Source: a plasmid
Direction: 5' to 3' (one strand)
Sequence record: NZ_CP019224.1
Length of the DNA: 64,000 nt
The notes beneath the pieces were generated by a model. The model was not told the origin of the DNA. It ran no database searches and was given only the letters and a program-made list of their open reading frames with translations. A program made the translations under genes and the position numbers. This document shows positions 1 through 9,474 of this stretch, piece after piece (position 1 is the first letter of the stretch; each line of letters opens with the position of its first letter).

Positions 1-10
1 CGATATCCCG

Positions 11-703
11 ATGCCAGGAATGCCGCCACCGCAGCGGCATAACCTTCCGGTGAGCCGGGCCACGTCGACGCCGGCGCGCGCCCACGACAGCCCTGCTGGC
101 GGGTCCAACCATGCGCGCCAACCCCAGACGGCATGGCAGCCGCGCACCGCTGCCGAGCAGTGGTGGCACTACAGCCGCGGTTGCGCGGCAGCGCTGCGGG
201 CCGGGCGCGCGCCAACTCCGGTCCAGGTGTACGGGCCGGTTCTGGAACCGGGAGAACAGGCGTTGCTGAGCGCCGAGATCGACTACAGCCGCTTTTGTGG
301 CGGCGACGGCCGATACTCACCGCTGCCGCTGATGGTCGCGGGCCGCCCAGCGGTCATGTTCGGCGCGTTGGCTGTTCAAGGGGTGGTGAATCATCGGCGT
401 AAGGTGGCCGCGGCCCAGCGCGCCGCGGCTCAGTGGCGGTTTCACCAAACCTGCCCGGTCATTGTGACGACCGACCGCCTGATCTGCACCACCGCGGCGC
501 ACGGCATGGTCAGTTTCTGGTTCGGAGCGTGCACGGAGTTCTACCCGGATTTGCAGCAGTGGACGTTGACGTTGGGCTTTGACTCGACTTACCCGGTGCG
601 GTTCAGCGGCGCGGCGGCCCCGGCGCTGAGCCTGTGGAGCGCCTACGGCGTCTTGGGCGATGGCTGGGTCGGCGATCCGCGCTTGGCGCTTCTGGTCAGT
701 TGA
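11..703 (+). CDS. hypothetical protein (possibly truncated at window edge)
   Basis: 230-aa ORF from ATG at 11. No recognisable motifs. GC-rich codon usage consistent with neighbours. The true start may lie upstream of the window. Confidence 0.3.
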   Translation: MPGMPPPQRHNLPVSRATSTPARAHDSPAGGSNHARQPQTAWQPRTAAEQWWHYSRGCAAALRAGRAPTPVQVYGPVLEPGEQALLSAEIDYSRFCGGDGRYSPLPLMVAGRPAVMFGALAVQGVVNHRRKVAAAQRAAAQWRFHQTCPVIVTTDRLICTTAAHGMVSFWFGACTEFYPDLQQWTLTLGFDSTYPVRFSGAAAPALSLWSAYGVLGDGWVGDPRLALLVS

Positions 704-710
704 TTAAGGG

Positions 711-1415
711 GTGGTGATGCCGAAATCTAAAGGGCGCAAAAAGAAGTCGTCGACTCGCCGACCAGTGAACGCTTTTGGCAGCACCTATTGGGACCGGCTG
801 CTTACGAAATGGGCGCAGTCCCGCCTCGTCGGCACTGCTGAGGAAGTCGCCTTGGGCGGCGCGTTGGTGCTCTGGGCGGGCGGCGGTAACCCTGCTCGCT
901 CGTGGGCCGGAATGCGGCAATGCTGGCCAGCCTGCTACTTCATCGGCGAGGCGTTATCGGCGCTGGGTGGCTTCAAGCCCGTCATCGTGCCCGTTTCAGT
1001 CGAAGTCAGGAAAAACGGCGCGGTCGTGGAAACAATCGGTTCACCCACACCAGAACACCGCGGACAGTACTGGACCGGTCATGTCGCACTTCACATTCCA
1101 GAAATGGCGGCTATTTTGGACCCGACAATCGGGCAAGGCAGATTCGCAACGTCGGACCACCTGCGGGTCCCGGTGCTCATCCAAGATCCGCAGTTAACGA
1201 ATCAACTGCCGCCCTCGGCACAATTTCAGGTGAACCGGGACCCGCAAACAACGCTGATCTACACCACGACCGCCGGAGCAGGCGAGCCGTTCGAAACGCA
1301 CCCGGCCTATCCCCAACAGCGTGCGTCCGTGGACGCAGCGGTCGCACGAGTACACGGGACGGTGGAAGCTGCGGTCGAGGAATGGCGAGCGATACAAGCC
1401 GGCGCCGGCCGATGA
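711..1415 (+). CDS. hypothetical protein
   Basis: 234-aa ORF, 8 bp after the preceding stop. Purine-rich stretch (AAGGGGTGGTG) just upstream of the ATG. Lys/Arg-rich N-terminus. No recognised domain. Confidence 0.4.
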   Translation: MVMPKSKGRKKKSSTRRPVNAFGSTYWDRLLTKWAQSRLVGTAEEVALGGALVLWAGGGNPARSWAGMRQCWPACYFIGEALSALGGFKPVIVPVSVEVRKNGAVVETIGSPTPEHRGQYWTGHVALHIPEMAAILDPTIGQGRFATSDHLRVPVLIQDPQLTNQLPPSAQFQVNRDPQTTLIYTTTAGAGEPFETHPAYPQQRASVDAAVARVHGTVEAAVEEWRAIQAGAGR

Positions 1416-1529
1416 AGCTCATTGAAATACTGCGTCTTCAACCGCTGCTCCGTCGTCACTAACCCGGGGTAGATGCGCTCTACGCAGAACCTGGCTCACT
1501 TCCGTGCGTGATGCGCGTATGTTGGCGAT

Positions 1530-2609
1530 ATGGAGCTGTGGACCGTCGACCAAGCAGCGCGGCACTGGAGCGTGACCCCTGGGCGGGCGCGCAGCATCTT
1601 GTCCAACCGCGGCATCCACCGCATTACTGGATATCCCGCTGCAGATGTTCGCGCAGTGCGCCGCCGCCAGGGCGCGCGCACGGACCTGGCAGCACCTACC
1701 CAGGCTCTTACCCTGTCGGACGCTGCCCAGGGAATCCGGGACGTCGCGGACGACCGCACCCGGCTGCGGATCTTCTTCGAATTCACCCGCGGCGCCGACG
1801 AATCGGGGCCAGCCGCCCTGTCTTTGATCAACGACGACCCGCCTTTGACCGGCGACCCGCGCCATGACGCGTTACTGGCGGCGATCGCCGAACACCTCGC
1901 CGGCAGTTACGGGCTGCCGGGACCGCTGTGGAGCATCACAACTGAGCGCTTCCTGAACACCCCGTGGTGGATTTCCCCTCTGCCGTCTGCGCGCACCCGC
2001 GCGATGTTGTGGACCCCGGCCTCATTTCGTCGCCGCGGGATCTACCTGGACCGTTACGACCTCACCCACGATGGAGCGAGCAAAATGCCTGAGCCTCTAT
2101 TCGATCAGACCGAGCTGCGGCGCGCCTTCATCTCCTTGGCGCAGAAGCTGGAACGTCGCCGTATTGTCGGGCATGTCCACGTGGTCGGCGGCGCCGCGAT
2201 GATCTTGGCCTACGACGAAACCCGCACCGCAACACGCGATATCGACGCTCTGTTTTCTCCTGACGGACCCATGCTCGCTGCGATCCGCGAAGTCGCTGCC
2301 GAACAGCGATGGCCCTCTAGCTGGCTGAACAATCAGGCCGCAAGCTACGTCTCGCGAACTCCCGGGCAGGGGAGCGTCGTCTTCGACCATCCCTACCTGC
2401 AAGTCGCCGCGACACCACCGCAGCATCTGTTGGCGATGAAAGTCCTGGCCGCTCGGGCCGTCAGGGACGGCGATGACGTGCAATTCCTGCTCGGCCACCT
2501 CGATATCACGTCTCGCGCCGAGGTCTGGGCGATCGTCGAACGGTACTTCCCAAATACAGAGATACCAACGCGCTCAAAAGAACTCATCAACGATCTCCTC
2601 CAACATTGA
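1530..2609 (+). CDS. fused HTH-domain / Pol-beta-type nucleotidyltransferase protein (toxin-antitoxin-like)
   Basis: 359-aa ORF. The N-terminus carries a helix-turn-helix-like segment (WTVDQAARHWSVTPGRARSIL). The C-terminal ~175 aa carries an NTase signature (VHVVGG, then ~14 aa, then RDIDALF) followed by a helical region (LLAMKVLAARAVRDGDDVQFLL), typical of minimal nucleotidyltransferase toxin modules. Confidence 0.5.
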   Translation: MELWTVDQAARHWSVTPGRARSILSNRGIHRITGYPAADVRAVRRRQGARTDLAAPTQALTLSDAAQGIRDVADDRTRLRIFFEFTRGADESGPAALSLINDDPPLTGDPRHDALLAAIAEHLAGSYGLPGPLWSITTERFLNTPWWISPLPSARTRAMLWTPASFRRRGIYLDRYDLTHDGASKMPEPLFDQTELRRAFISLAQKLERRRIVGHVHVVGGAAMILAYDETRTATRDIDALFSPDGPMLAAIREVAAEQRWPSSWLNNQAASYVSRTPGQGSVVFDHPYLQVAATPPQHLLAMKVLAARAVRDGDDVQFLLGHLDITSRAEVWAIVERYFPNTEIPTRSKELINDLLQH

Positions 2610-2709
2610 ACACTGGTGAGCAGCGATCCCACCACGTGTCACAACATGGCTCTAAGGTCTCTGGGATAGCGACCGTGCGGTCTCGCGGCAGGCGCGAGCG
2701 GAGAACGAG

Positions 2710-3390
2710 GTGCAGGCTGTGATTGAGCTTTCCGATCAGCAACTAGAAGTGTTTTTCCAAGGATGGACCATGCAATTCGCACTTGGGAGATGGTCAGGAT
2801 CAGTGCACTTCAGCGAGCGAGAACGGGCTGTCATGGGTTTAGCTGCATGTTATTTCGCAGCCCGTTGTCCGCAGATTCGAATGCTGAACGCCGGGTTGTG
2901 CTTCGCGGCGTGCAAGGTTGTCCGGGTCATCGCGCGTGAAGAAGGAATACGGACCGAACCGCTGACGGTGACGGTGGAAGCCTCACACGAGGGCCACGAA
3001 CTCTCGTTAGGGAGCCGACAGCCACGACTAAAGCGGCACGCATTGGCGCAGGGAACATTGCAGACGTGGTCGGGTCACGAAATCATTCACTTTCCCGATC
3101 ACGGAGCCGTTTTCGACCCGACTATTACGCAACTATCGACATGGGAGGCCACGGTGCTACCCGCAGTAGCAAAAGCCCCGGCGATACTGCGGGAAGGCGA
3201 CCGCATTCCGGCTGTGCTGGAACCTCTTTCGATCAACGCGACTTATACCGTTCAGCGGGCAAACTTCGACTACATGAGGATGTCTTCTTGGCCTGATATC
3301 GAGCAGATGGCCAACGATGGCGGCAAGATCGTGGGACCGGCAGCAGACCAGCTGGTGGCGACTATGCATAGCGGTTCATCGTCGTCATAG
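2710..3390 (+). CDS. hypothetical protein
   Basis: 226-aa ORF, same strand, 100 bp downstream of the NTase gene. No recognised motifs. Confidence 0.4.
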   Translation: MQAVIELSDQQLEVFFQGWTMQFALGRWSGSVHFSERERAVMGLAACYFAARCPQIRMLNAGLCFAACKVVRVIAREEGIRTEPLTVTVEASHEGHELSLGSRQPRLKRHALAQGTLQTWSGHEIIHFPDHGAVFDPTITQLSTWEATVLPAVAKAPAILREGDRIPAVLEPLSINATYTVQRANFDYMRMSSWPDIEQMANDGGKIVGPAADQLVATMHSGSSSS

Positions 3391-3803
3391 TTCGAGCTCA
3401 CCCGTCCCTCAAGGCGTCCGCAAACCGCGCAAGCAGTCGTAGCATGCGGCGCTGGGCGAATCCGTGCTGGTTAGGCGATGTGTAGCCGCGACACCGGCGG
3501 TAAGATGCGGTTTATGTCAGCAGGCAAGTTCACGATGGATGTGGCGGAAACAGAGGCAGGCTTGTCTGCCGCGGACGCCGCTACCGCTCAGCAGCCCAGC
3601 GGCGACCTTCCAGGCCTGTGCGTCGGTGGCTACATGACGTCCTTGATCGGGGCGGCCATTGGGGGACGTGCGATAGGTGAAGCCCAAGCAGTCGGCCGTG
3701 CGGCGGCGAACACCGCAAGTCGAGAGTTCAGCATCGCGACAGTTCAAACCACTGAAGCGGGCAACTCAAGCATTCTCACGACGTAACGACAGGGGAGCGG
3801 CGC

Positions 3804-4448
3804 ATGAGTTCATCACCTTGGTCGAGGACAGGGTCACCATCGGTGACGCTGCCGCCACCTCCAGCGCCTACACCTAGGCCTGGCGCGACCCCGCCGCCGA
3901 CAGCAGTTCCGTTCCCAACAGGATTCCCGCAGAAGAGAACACGTCGTCGGGTTTGGCCCTGGGCCGCGCTCGGACTGCTATTCGCGATCGTGATCTCGGC
4001 TGCCACGGGATCGATAGTGACGCTCGCGGTAGCGCACAACGATGCCCGCTCCACCGACGGGCCGTCCGCTGCACCATCAGCATCAACGTCTGCGCCGCCC
4101 GCTCCGCAAGTCAGCGCGGCCGACGCGACGGCGACGAAAACTCATTTGTGTCAAGTTTTCGATACATCGGTTCAAGGTCAGCAAGGACAAGGCGGCCTCA
4201 GAGTAAATGGGACCGTCAATATCCCCGTCATGCTGCGCACAGTTAATAGTGCATTGGCGGTGCAAACAGCGCTCGTTCCGGCATTGCCTGCCGACGTCGC
4301 CTCAGCCGCACGGAACTACATTCAGACCACGCTCGAGGCCACGACGGCGGCGATGGGGAATACCCCAACTCCTGAAGTGAATCGCCTTAACGACATATCG
4401 AACGATGCGATCAATGCGCTTGTCGGTGTGTGCGGGCTGCCGAGGTAA
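3804..4448 (+). CDS. proline-rich single-pass membrane protein
   Basis: 214-aa ORF. Pro-rich N-terminus (PPPPAPTPRPGATPPPTAVP), basic stretch (KRTRRR), then a hydrophobic helix (WPWAALGLLFAIVISAATGSIVTLAV), then an Ala/Ser/Thr-rich extracytoplasmic part. Confidence 0.45.
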   Translation: MSSSPWSRTGSPSVTLPPPPAPTPRPGATPPPTAVPFPTGFPQKRTRRRVWPWAALGLLFAIVISAATGSIVTLAVAHNDARSTDGPSAAPSASTSAPPAPQVSAADATATKTHLCQVFDTSVQGQQGQGGLRVNGTVNIPVMLRTVNSALAVQTALVPALPADVASAARNYIQTTLEATTAAMGNTPTPEVNRLNDISNDAINALVGVCGLPR

Positions 4449-4457
4449 CCCGTTCGG

Positions 4458-6782
4458 ATGGCGGAGTTAACAAGTACGGGCGGGGACGAGTTTCCCGCGT
4501 GGTGGTCAGAACGCAATAACAAGCAGGCGGCGCGCCTGCTCAAGGCGGTCAACCGGGGGCCAGTGGGTAAAATTCAGCCGCCGTCACTACCGCATGTCGG
4601 CAGTGATCATCCGCGGCCGCAGGGAGCCTTCGTCCGGTTTCTGTTCCAACCGTATGTGTGGCCGGAAGACTCTGAGACCGCCATGAACGCCGGCGCCGAC
4701 AAGTTTGCTGATGACTTCAAACTGCACGATGACAGCGCGACGACAATCCGCCAGGCGGCGAACGGCGTCTTCGACGGCGGGTCATGGGTGGGCGAGAGCG
4801 CGGACGCTGCTCGCGCGGCCCACTTTGAAGCGGCGTCGATCAAGGATTTCCAGGCGGAGATCGCGCGCGTTGCCTCCGGTTTGATCAGGCGCGGCGCCGA
4901 CGATGTGGCGAGCACCAAGAAGCACATGTTCGAGCAGAACACGCAGGCGCATCAAGAGGCCGAGGCCTTCCTAAAAAGCGGCTCGGGGCAGTCGCTGGCG
5001 CAGGTAGCGGTGATTCTCGGTGTGCACCGAACGACGATCCAGGCCTATTCGACTGAGTTGCAGGGCTACGCCACCCAATACACCGTTCAGTTCACCAACC
5101 ACTTTAAAGAGGGCGGCCCCGGCGGCCCAAAATTCAAACAAGCTGGCAATGGTACAGACAATAAGGACCCGTCGACTGACGGTCCAGGGACGCCAGATCT
5201 GGGTCCCCCGAGACAGCCCGGGGGTGGGCGAGTTCATGCCTCATCAGACGGTCCCAACGACGGTGCAGCACCTCCTGCACCAGGCGGATCGGGACGCGTA
5301 CACGCGCCCTCGTCGGATGCTCCGTTTGGATCACCGCGTCATAACCCGTTGACGTCGTTGATGGGTAGTGGGTTGCCGAGTTTGCCGAGTATGCCTGGCG
5401 GGGGATCGGGTGGTGGGCTTCCTATGGGCCCGTTGCAGGGGTTGATGGGTAGTTTTGGCGGTCTGCCGGGCGGTATGGCCCCGCCCACGGGGCTGGGTGC
5501 GCCTGGGCTGCAGGGCTCGCCGATGCCGTCCTTGGGGATGGACTTCGGGCGAGGTTTAGCGGCGGGCGCGGCGGCGGCAGGGGGTGTTCCGCCGGTGACG
5601 TCGGCGCCGATGACGTCGTTGGCGGCGCCGATCGAGTCGGCTCCGACGTCGGCTGCGCCAGCGGTGGCTCCTGTGTCTACTGCGCCGGCGGCGGCCGCTT
5701 CCGCCCCTGCACCGGCACCGGCGGCGGGTATGCCGGCAGGAGGCATGACTTCGTACGGTTCCGTTCTTCCTCCGCAGGGCCCGCCGCCGGCCGCTCCGTC
5801 GGCGGGCGGCTCGACGCCTGCCGCCCCATCAATACCGGCTGAGCCCGGAGGTGGGTCGCCCGGGCCTGGGACCGGGTTGATGCCGGTGGCGGGTCGGCGT
5901 GATGTGGTGACGGTGCGCAAGGATGACGCATATTCGGATTTGGAAACGGCCAAGGGCCTTGTCGCCGAACTCGCTGGGGCGGCGAAAGTAACTGATCCTG
6001 GATTGGATTGGGCTGTGGCCGTTGGCCGTAACGCCTCGGGCATGCCGACGTACTGGGTTGCCACGAACGACGGCGCGACCTACATCCCGCCAGTGGTGTT
6101 CCTGCGCAAGACGATGCCCATCGCCGGTGGCCACGATGCAGATTTTGACGCGCGCTGGTTCGGCTGGGTCAACCCGGCCGATAAAGCGGTGCGGGCGGCC
6201 CGGGAGTTCGGGGACACGGTGAGTGCGGTGGCCACGTCGTGGGCGCTGCCCTCTGAGTTTTTGAGGGAGCACCCGGCGCCGGAAGTGGCCACTGGCGTGA
6301 AACCCTCTGACGTGGCGGATAATGCGGCGGCGGAATTGTTGGCGTCGCGGGCCCATCGGCTGCAGACCGTGGACGCCGCCTTATATGCGGATCTGATGGG
6401 GGCCGATGAGTCGGTGGTGCGTGACTACTGCCGAGAGTTGATCCGCCAGTTGGCATTTGGTATTCCGGGTGAGGCGTTGTCGCCGGTTGCGCAGTCCGTG
6501 GCGCACTCACTCGTCGCTGAGCGCTGGCCCACAGTCCAGGAGTGGGCGCTGCTCGGCGAGGAACACGAAGACGCTTTGGTTCAGATGGCGTGCCAGCGAC
6601 CGGGACTGGACGGAATAGAAAACCCTGACCAGACGGTCAGCTACACACGAGAATTCATCCGGTGCCGCCAGATAGAGGCTCTCTTGTGCTGGGACCGTTA
6701 TGGGGGCGACCTACTCAACGTAGTGTATGCAGCATGGGTGGCCGGTATACGGGCGCCATTGAAGGAACCGGCACTGCGGTGA
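4458..6782 (+). CDS. ESX secretion-associated protein (EspK/EspB-like; N-terminal WxG helical domain, Gly/Pro-rich linker, C-terminal globular domain)
   Basis: 774-aa ORF. WxG motif in the N-terminal helical region (DGGSWVGESADAARAAHFEAA). A ~300-aa low-complexity G/P/A/S region (GGSGGGLPMGPLQGLMGSFGGLPGGMAPPTGLGAPG...). The ordered C-terminal ~280 aa resembles the ESX-1 Esp protein architecture. Starts 10 bp after the preceding stop. Confidence 0.55.
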   Translation: MAELTSTGGDEFPAWWSERNNKQAARLLKAVNRGPVGKIQPPSLPHVGSDHPRPQGAFVRFLFQPYVWPEDSETAMNAGADKFADDFKLHDDSATTIRQAANGVFDGGSWVGESADAARAAHFEAASIKDFQAEIARVASGLIRRGADDVASTKKHMFEQNTQAHQEAEAFLKSGSGQSLAQVAVILGVHRTTIQAYSTELQGYATQYTVQFTNHFKEGGPGGPKFKQAGNGTDNKDPSTDGPGTPDLGPPRQPGGGRVHASSDGPNDGAAPPAPGGSGRVHAPSSDAPFGSPRHNPLTSLMGSGLPSLPSMPGGGSGGGLPMGPLQGLMGSFGGLPGGMAPPTGLGAPGLQGSPMPSLGMDFGRGLAAGAAAAGGVPPVTSAPMTSLAAPIESAPTSAAPAVAPVSTAPAAAASAPAPAPAAGMPAGGMTSYGSVLPPQGPPPAAPSAGGSTPAAPSIPAEPGGGSPGPGTGLMPVAGRRDVVTVRKDDAYSDLETAKGLVAELAGAAKVTDPGLDWAVAVGRNASGMPTYWVATNDGATYIPPVVFLRKTMPIAGGHDADFDARWFGWVNPADKAVRAAREFGDTVSAVATSWALPSEFLREHPAPEVATGVKPSDVADNAAAELLASRAHRLQTVDAALYADLMGADESVVRDYCRELIRQLAFGIPGEALSPVAQSVAHSLVAERWPTVQEWALLGEEHEDALVQMACQRPGLDGIENPDQTVSYTREFIRCRQIEALLCWDRYGGDLLNVVYAAWVAGIRAPLKEPALR

Positions 6783-7501
6783 ACGAAAGCTATTCCGCAG
6801 CAGCGGATTTAGCGGACACCATAACCATGTTGATGACGGAGCCGCGGCCTTTGCCGCGGCAGTTGAAGCGGCTAAAGAAACGTAGCGAGTGGCCGATCGA
6901 TGAAGCGCTGCTAGTTTTCGAAGCGGCGGTGGAGTATGTCGCTATCCGCAATAACTATGACGCCGTGGCCGATTGGAAGAGGCGTCAGGCAAAGCTCAAC
7001 GGTTGGTTAGGGGTTCTTCAACGTGAGCCGGCACCGATGTCCGATGAGCAATTTGCTGCCAGCATAGTCGCGTGCGGGAGAGTGGACCCGACCGAGCTGG
7101 AAGCAGTTCTGGTCGGTACTAGGCACACGGCGGCCTTGTTGGACGACATTGCCGAGGTGATAGCCGAGCACCAGCGCGAGCACGAAGAAACTGAGCGGAT
7201 GAACCGGGCGGTGGCGCGTGGGCGCGAGCGGGTGAGGATGATCATGAAGCGGTGCGTGGAGCGTCGCGCAGAAATCAGCGCGGCTACAGAAGAACGCCTA
7301 CAACAAATTTCGCCGGAAGATGCCGCCTCCCAGAAGTTAGCTATTGAGGCCGCTTATCCGGATCTGATCGTGCTGAGCGAGACAGCGTGTGAACAGATCA
7401 ACGCGCAGACGCGCCGCGTGTTGGACGCGCATCGACGCACGGCAGCGATGCCGATTTGGCAGTTCTGGGAGATGGCCTACAAAGACCTAATCGAGGATTG
7501 A
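6779..7501 (+). CDS. hypothetical protein
   Basis: The ORF track gives 6662..7501, which would overlap the preceding gene by 120 bp. A GTG at 6779 overlapping the upstream stop (GTGA) gives a coupled 240-aa product. The protein is charged and helical. The start is uncertain. Confidence 0.4.
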   Translation: MNESYSAAADLADTITMLMTEPRPLPRQLKRLKKRSEWPIDEALLVFEAAVEYVAIRNNYDAVADWKRRQAKLNGWLGVLQREPAPMSDEQFAASIVACGRVDPTELEAVLVGTRHTAALLDDIAEVIAEHQREHEETERMNRAVARGRERVRMIMKRCVERRAEISAATEERLQQISPEDAASQKLAIEAAYPDLIVLSETACEQINAQTRRVLDAHRRTAAMPIWQFWEMAYKDLIED

Positions 7502-7556
7502 ATACCGAGATCGTAGCCGTGATCGCCGCCTTTGGTGGACATCGTGGCCGTGGGGG

Positions 7557-7821
7557 CAGTGGTGCTAGGAGGGACCGTTAGGGCGTTGGCCAGTAGCCGA
7601 CAACGCCGTTGAATTCGAGGTCAGTTTGGGTGAAGTCGTTGCCGAGTGGCGTAGGCCATGGTGTCGCCGTAGTTGACGGCTGCGGGGTGGCGTCCCTTCC
7701 CGTAGTGGAGGTAGGCGCTGTGGGCGTCGATCGCGTGTTCGAGGGTGAAGGGTTCGGGCGCGTGCGCGCGCGCGTCTTCCCGGCGGTATGACCGTTGCCG
7801 TTGAGTGTGTTTGAGTTGCAC
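7557..7821 (-). pseudogene. vapC: vapC (PIN-domain toxin) remnant, 3' portion only
   Basis: Nucleotides 7557-7760 align at roughly 85% identity, with an internal deletion, to the 3' half of the intact vapC at 11803-12000. The translated fragment [36 protein letters not shown] matches the VapC C-terminus. The 5' part is replaced by the IS607-family element. Confidence 0.55.
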
Positions 7822-9474
7822 TCATGCGGCGTCCCCTTGCGGGGTTGGGGTTTTGGCCTCTCCGCGTCCGGCCCCGCGTGGGCGGGGTCTTACGGATGCT
7901 CCGCCGGCACCGGTTGATCCGGTGTCCGCGCCATGGCCTGTACCAACCGATTCGGTTGGCCCGGGTACCGATGGGGCCGTGGTCCCGACTGGACCACAAC
8001 TGGCGTAATCCGGCCAGTCACGGAGATTCAAAGCAGCATTTCTATCGCGGTCGACCATTTCACCTGTCTGCGGGCAGATGAGGTGCTTGTCGATCCGGCC
8101 CTTACCGACCAGGCGGCATGGGGTGCCGTTGGGGTGGGTGCAGCGGTGGTGGAGCTGGCTTGATGGGAACCAGCGATCCGCCACGATCAGGGTGCTGCCG
8201 TGCCGAGTGGTCTTGTAGGCCAGCATCGGCGCGACCAATCCCATTGCGGCATCAGAAACAGACCGGCGAAACGCCCGCCGGCCCATACTGCGTTTCATCG
8301 CGGCCACATCGAGATCTTCGATCACGACCTGGCCGTAGGTGCCCGCCAACTGCGTGGTGAGTTGGTGGGCTGCTTCCCGCCGCAGATGCACGCACCGACG
8401 ATCCAATCGGGTCAGCTTGGCTTTCGCTGCCCGATGACCGTGCGATCCGGGGATACGGCGGGAAAGTTCACGACCAGCCCTGCGGCGGGCGGCAAGTGTC
8501 GCCTTGAGCGGGGCCGGATTCTTATACTCGACAACGGTTTCGACGCCGGTGGCGGGGTCGATCGTGGCGACGGTGGCCAGCGTGCGCACCCCCAGATCCA
8601 CCCCGGCGCGCACCGTGGGCTGAGTCGGCGTTCTTCCCGCGCTCGGGGTGCGCAGCGCATAGCCGACCGACACGAACAACCGGCCCCACCGCTGGGACAG
8701 GGTCATGTTCAGGATGCGGGCGCGCCCCGATGCGAGATGACGTTGCACGCGGCGGGTGTTCTCCTTGGACCGCAGCGCGCTGATGACCGGGACCGTGATG
8801 CTATGGCGGTCATCCTCTACCCGCATGGTGCCGGTGGTGAACCGGACCCGGCCGGGATCGCGTCGCGCCGTGGCGAACCGCGGGAAACCCACCCGCCGAC
8901 CCTGGCGTCTCCCGTTCTTGCTGGCGCTCCAGTTGCTCAGTGCCTGGGCCAGATCGGCCAACCCTGCCGAGTAACACTCCTTGCTGTTAGTGGCCCACCA
9001 CGGCGCCACCTCGTGCTTAGCGAGATTCCACGCTTTGCGTAGCGCGCCGAGGTCCCAGCCCAACGACTCATGTTCCGGATCAGCCGATTTCGCGTCGAGG
9101 TCGGCCTTCACCCGACCCAGACCCCAGTTGAACGCCTTGCGGCGAGCACCGAAATGCGACCGCACCAACGCCGCCCGCTCGGGCTCCGCTGGCCATTCCA
9201 CCTCGAACTTCGCCGCGGTCACCAGCCAACCAGAGGCCACTTCCGCACCCAGCGAACCGTTGACCGCATAACCGGCGGCGTCCCCGTCGTAGAGCTTGAA
9301 CAAGACAGACACCGATTCCACCACCGCACGGTGCGACTCGAAATCCGCGCCCACATCGACATAACGTGACAATGTTTGGCTGCCATCGGGTTTCGGTTTC
9401 CCCGGCAACTGCACACCACCGGTCAGCCCGGCCACCTTCGCCGCCTGACCACAGGTGCGCATCCCGACGATCAT
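7822..9474 (-). CDS. tnpB: IS607-family TnpB (OrfB, RNA-guided nuclease-type accessory protein)
   Basis: Long minus-strand ORF (track 7822..9561). C-terminal zinc-ribbon signature (CTHPNGTPCRLVGKGRIDKHLICPQTGEMVDRDRNAALNL) and a RuvC-like region typical of IS605/IS607 OrfB/TnpB. The start is placed at the ATG overlapping the tnpA stop (9474). The upstream extension is rejected. Confidence 0.75.
   Translation of the reverse strand: MIVGMRTCGQAAKVAGLTGGVQLPGKPKPDGSQTLSRYVDVGADFESHRAVVESVSVLFKLYDGDAAGYAVNGSLGAEVASGWLVTAAKFEVEWPAEPERAALVRSHFGARRKAFNWGLGRVKADLDAKSADPEHESLGWDLGALRKAWNLAKHEVAPWWATNSKECYSAGLADLAQALSNWSASKNGRRQGRRVGFPRFATARRDPGRVRFTTGTMRVEDDRHSITVPVISALRSKENTRRVQRHLASGRARILNMTLSQRWGRLFVSVGYALRTPSAGRTPTQPTVRAGVDLGVRTLATVATIDPATGVETVVEYKNPAPLKATLAARRRAGRELSRRIPGSHGHRAAKAKLTRLDRRCVHLRREAAHQLTTQLAGTYGQVVIEDLDVAAMKRSMGRRAFRRSVSDAAMGLVAPMLAYKTTRHGSTLIVADRWFPSSQLHHRCTHPNGTPCRLVGKGRIDKHLICPQTGEMVDRDRNAALNLRDWPDYASCGPVGTTAPSVPGPTESVGTGHGADTGSTGAGGASVRPRPRGAGRGEAKTPTPQGDAA

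Noticed and set aside
5380-5900. Short periodic Gly/Pro-encoding repeats (ggg/ccg-rich) that could be mistaken for a repeat array
   Set aside because: They are in-frame codon repeats of a low-complexity protein region. There are no constant-length direct repeats with unique spacers, so this is not a CRISPR array.
5339-6356. Long minus-strand ORFs (241 aa and 175 aa) antisense to the Esp-like gene
   Set aside because: They lie within the Gly/Pro-rich low-complexity region of a well-supported plus-strand gene. In DNA this GC-rich, stop codons are rare in all frames, so antisense ORFs are expected by chance. They have no motifs and no purine-rich stretch upstream of the start.
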